Of a stretch of 64,000 nt of DNA, positions 62,721 to 64,000 are shown piece by piece. The translations under genes were made by a program, and so were the position numbers. Location of the stretch: the NCBI GenBank assembly GCA_035758545.1, contig DASTWQ010000073.1, forward strand, positions 7,274-71,273, given 5' to 3'. The stretch is from Holophagaceae bacterium (GTDB taxonomy: Bacteria; Acidobacteriota; Holophagae; Holophagales; Holophagaceae). Under the pieces are notes generated by a model. That model worked only from the letters and a program-made list of their open reading frames with translations. It had not been told where the DNA came from and did no database searches. Each line of letters starts with the position of its first letter. The first letter of the stretch is position 1.

Positions 62721-63350
62721 ATGGCGGCAACCTTTTCCATCCTCGGCCGGGGGCGCGCGGGCCGCGCCCTGGCGGACGCCTGGGGGCCCCGCGCGACGCT
62801 GCTCCCGGGAACCGCCGAGCCCGAGGGCCTCGTGCTGCTCGCCGTGCCGGACGACGCGATCCCCGCCCTCGCCGCGAGGTTCCCGGGCCGCTGCGCCCAT
62901 CTCTCGGGCAGCCTGCACCTGGAGGGCGTGCCGGGGCTGCATCCCCTCACGAGCTTCGACGGCCGGGCCGCGGACTGGACCGGCACGCCCCTGGCGGTGA
63001 CGGGAGCCGCGCCGGAGCCCCTCCTGGCCGCCTTCCGGGAGCTGGGCTTCCTGCCCTTCGACCTGCCGGCGGAGCTGAGGCCCCTCTACCACGCCTGCGC
63101 GGTGCTGGCCTCGGGCCACGCGGCCACGCTCTGGCTCGGCGCGGCAAGGCTGCTGGCGGAGCGCGGCGCGGCGCTGCCGGGGCGGGGCTTCCTGCCCCTG
63201 GCGGAGGCCACCCTGCGGAACGTCGAGGCCCACGGCGAGGCCGGTCGCACGGGCCCCTTCGTGCGTGGCGACGGGGGCACCATCGCCCGGGACGCCGCGG
63301 CGCTGCCGGAGGCCTGGCGCGAGGTCTTCCTGCGGCTGGGGTCCCTGTGA
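62721..63350 (+). CDS. Rossmann-like / DUF2520-type protein
   Basis: FSILGRGRAGRALADAW dinucleotide-binding loop and LYHACAVLASG, typical of the DUF2520 region. Confidence 0.55.
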   Translation: MAATFSILGRGRAGRALADAWGPRATLLPGTAEPEGLVLLAVPDDAIPALAARFPGRCAHLSGSLHLEGVPGLHPLTSFDGRAADWTGTPLAVTGAAPEPLLAAFRELGFLPFDLPAELRPLYHACAVLASGHAATLWLGAARLLAERGAALPGRGFLPLAEATLRNVEAHGEAGRTGPFVRGDGGTIARDAAALPEAWREVFLRLGSL

Positions 63351-63964
63351 GCTTCCGTCCGCCCCTGCCGCTCCGGGCGGAGACCCCCGCCGCCTGGGCC
63401 GAGGCCGCCCTGGCGGATCCCGAGGGCCTGCTCTCGGACCATGCTCACTGCGAGAAGAAGGCCGCCCTCGCGGCCCTCAGCCTGCTCCACGCGTTCCCGG
63501 GCGAGTCCCGGCCGGCGCTGCTCCTCGCGAAGCTCGCGGAGGAGGAGCTGAACCACTTCCGCCGGGTGCTCGAGGCCCTCCAGGGCTTCGGCTGGGGCCT
63601 CCGCCCCGACGGCGGCAACCGCTACGCCCAGGGCCTGCTGGCCGCCGCCGAGGCGGACCGGAAGGGCCGCAAGGGCCATGAGCCGCTCCTGGACCGCCTC
63701 CTCATCGCCAGCCTCATCGAGGCCCGGAGCTGCGAGCGGCTGCATCTGCTGGAGCGCGCCGCCGGCGCCCACCCAGAGCTGGCCGAGGCGGCCTGGCTGG
63801 CCTTCCTCTTCGAGCTGGAGCGCTGCGAGGCGGGCCACGCCCTGGCCTACCTCTCCCTCGCCGAGGACCGCTTCGGCGCCGCGGCGAAGGCGCGCCTGGA
63901 CTGGTGGCTGGACCGGGAGGCCGCCCTGGTGGCGGATCTGCCCTGGCGGGCCGCGGTCCATTGA
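63347..63964 (+). CDS. miaE: tRNA-(ms2io6A)-hydroxylase MiaE-like di-iron protein
   Basis: LLSDHAHCEKKAA, EELNHF, and LIEARSCERL. GTG start overlapping the upstream stop (GTGA). Confidence 0.8.
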   Translation: MSFRPPLPLRAETPAAWAEAALADPEGLLSDHAHCEKKAALAALSLLHAFPGESRPALLLAKLAEEELNHFRRVLEALQGFGWGLRPDGGNRYAQGLLAAAEADRKGRKGHEPLLDRLLIASLIEARSCERLHLLERAAGAHPELAEAAWLAFLFELERCEAGHALAYLSLAEDRFGAAAKARLDWWLDREAALVADLPWRAAVH

Positions 63965-64000
63965 TGGACCGCTGGTAGACTGCCCCTTTCCCGAAGCCGC

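Noticed and set aside
61949-63964. 671-aa plus-strand ORF.
   Set aside because: It is a composite. Only the last 205 codons (GTG at 63347) match MiaE. The remainder is low-complexity sequence overlapping the 61961-62701 and 62721-63350 genes.

Overview
This is a dense, high-GC (about 70% by eye) bacterial chromosomal segment with roughly 60 genes, many joined by ATGA/GTGA start-stop overlaps. The gene content (a CarboxypepD_reg-type TonB-dependent receptor, a DUF1800/DUF1501 pair, MASE1/PAS hybrid kinases with AHDFNNLL H-boxes) suggests an Acidobacteriota/Holophagae-like organism, but that is only a guess. Most of the window is housekeeping: groES-groEL behind a perfect CIRCE operator, ymdB, nadC, rarA, msrA, a nifS-like desulfurase, ubiX, murC, an rluA-family gene, cysK, an Mla-like transporter, arcC, glyQ-glyS, guaA and miaE. 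There is also a heavy signalling load: three large histidine kinases, a CHASE-GGDEF cyclase and a REC-HD-GYP phosphodiesterase. Two short low-GC patches interrupt the native composition. One is a single orphan gene at 19.3-19.9 kb. The other, at 22.0-24.5 kb, is a four-gene minus-strand islet encoding a protein with a canonical HEPN R-x4-H motif plus three orphan membrane proteins. I rate this islet as the best candidate for an undescribed defence or abortive-infection-type system. Other items worth a second look are listed here. (1) A six-gene, translationally coupled RDD / SpoIIM-like / DUF4129 / DUF4350 / MoxR / DUF58 cluster. (2) A SpoIVB-like S55 peptidase operon. (3) An Mla-type transporter whose ATPase has degenerate catalytic motifs. 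(4) Twin operator-like palindromes upstream of cysK. (5) A REP-like imperfect palindrome family. (6) A 17-nt inverted repeat built from 9-bp tandem units that brackets glyS. No rRNA, tRNA, CRISPR array, transposase or integrase was recognised. All family assignments come from motif recognition by eye, not from searches.
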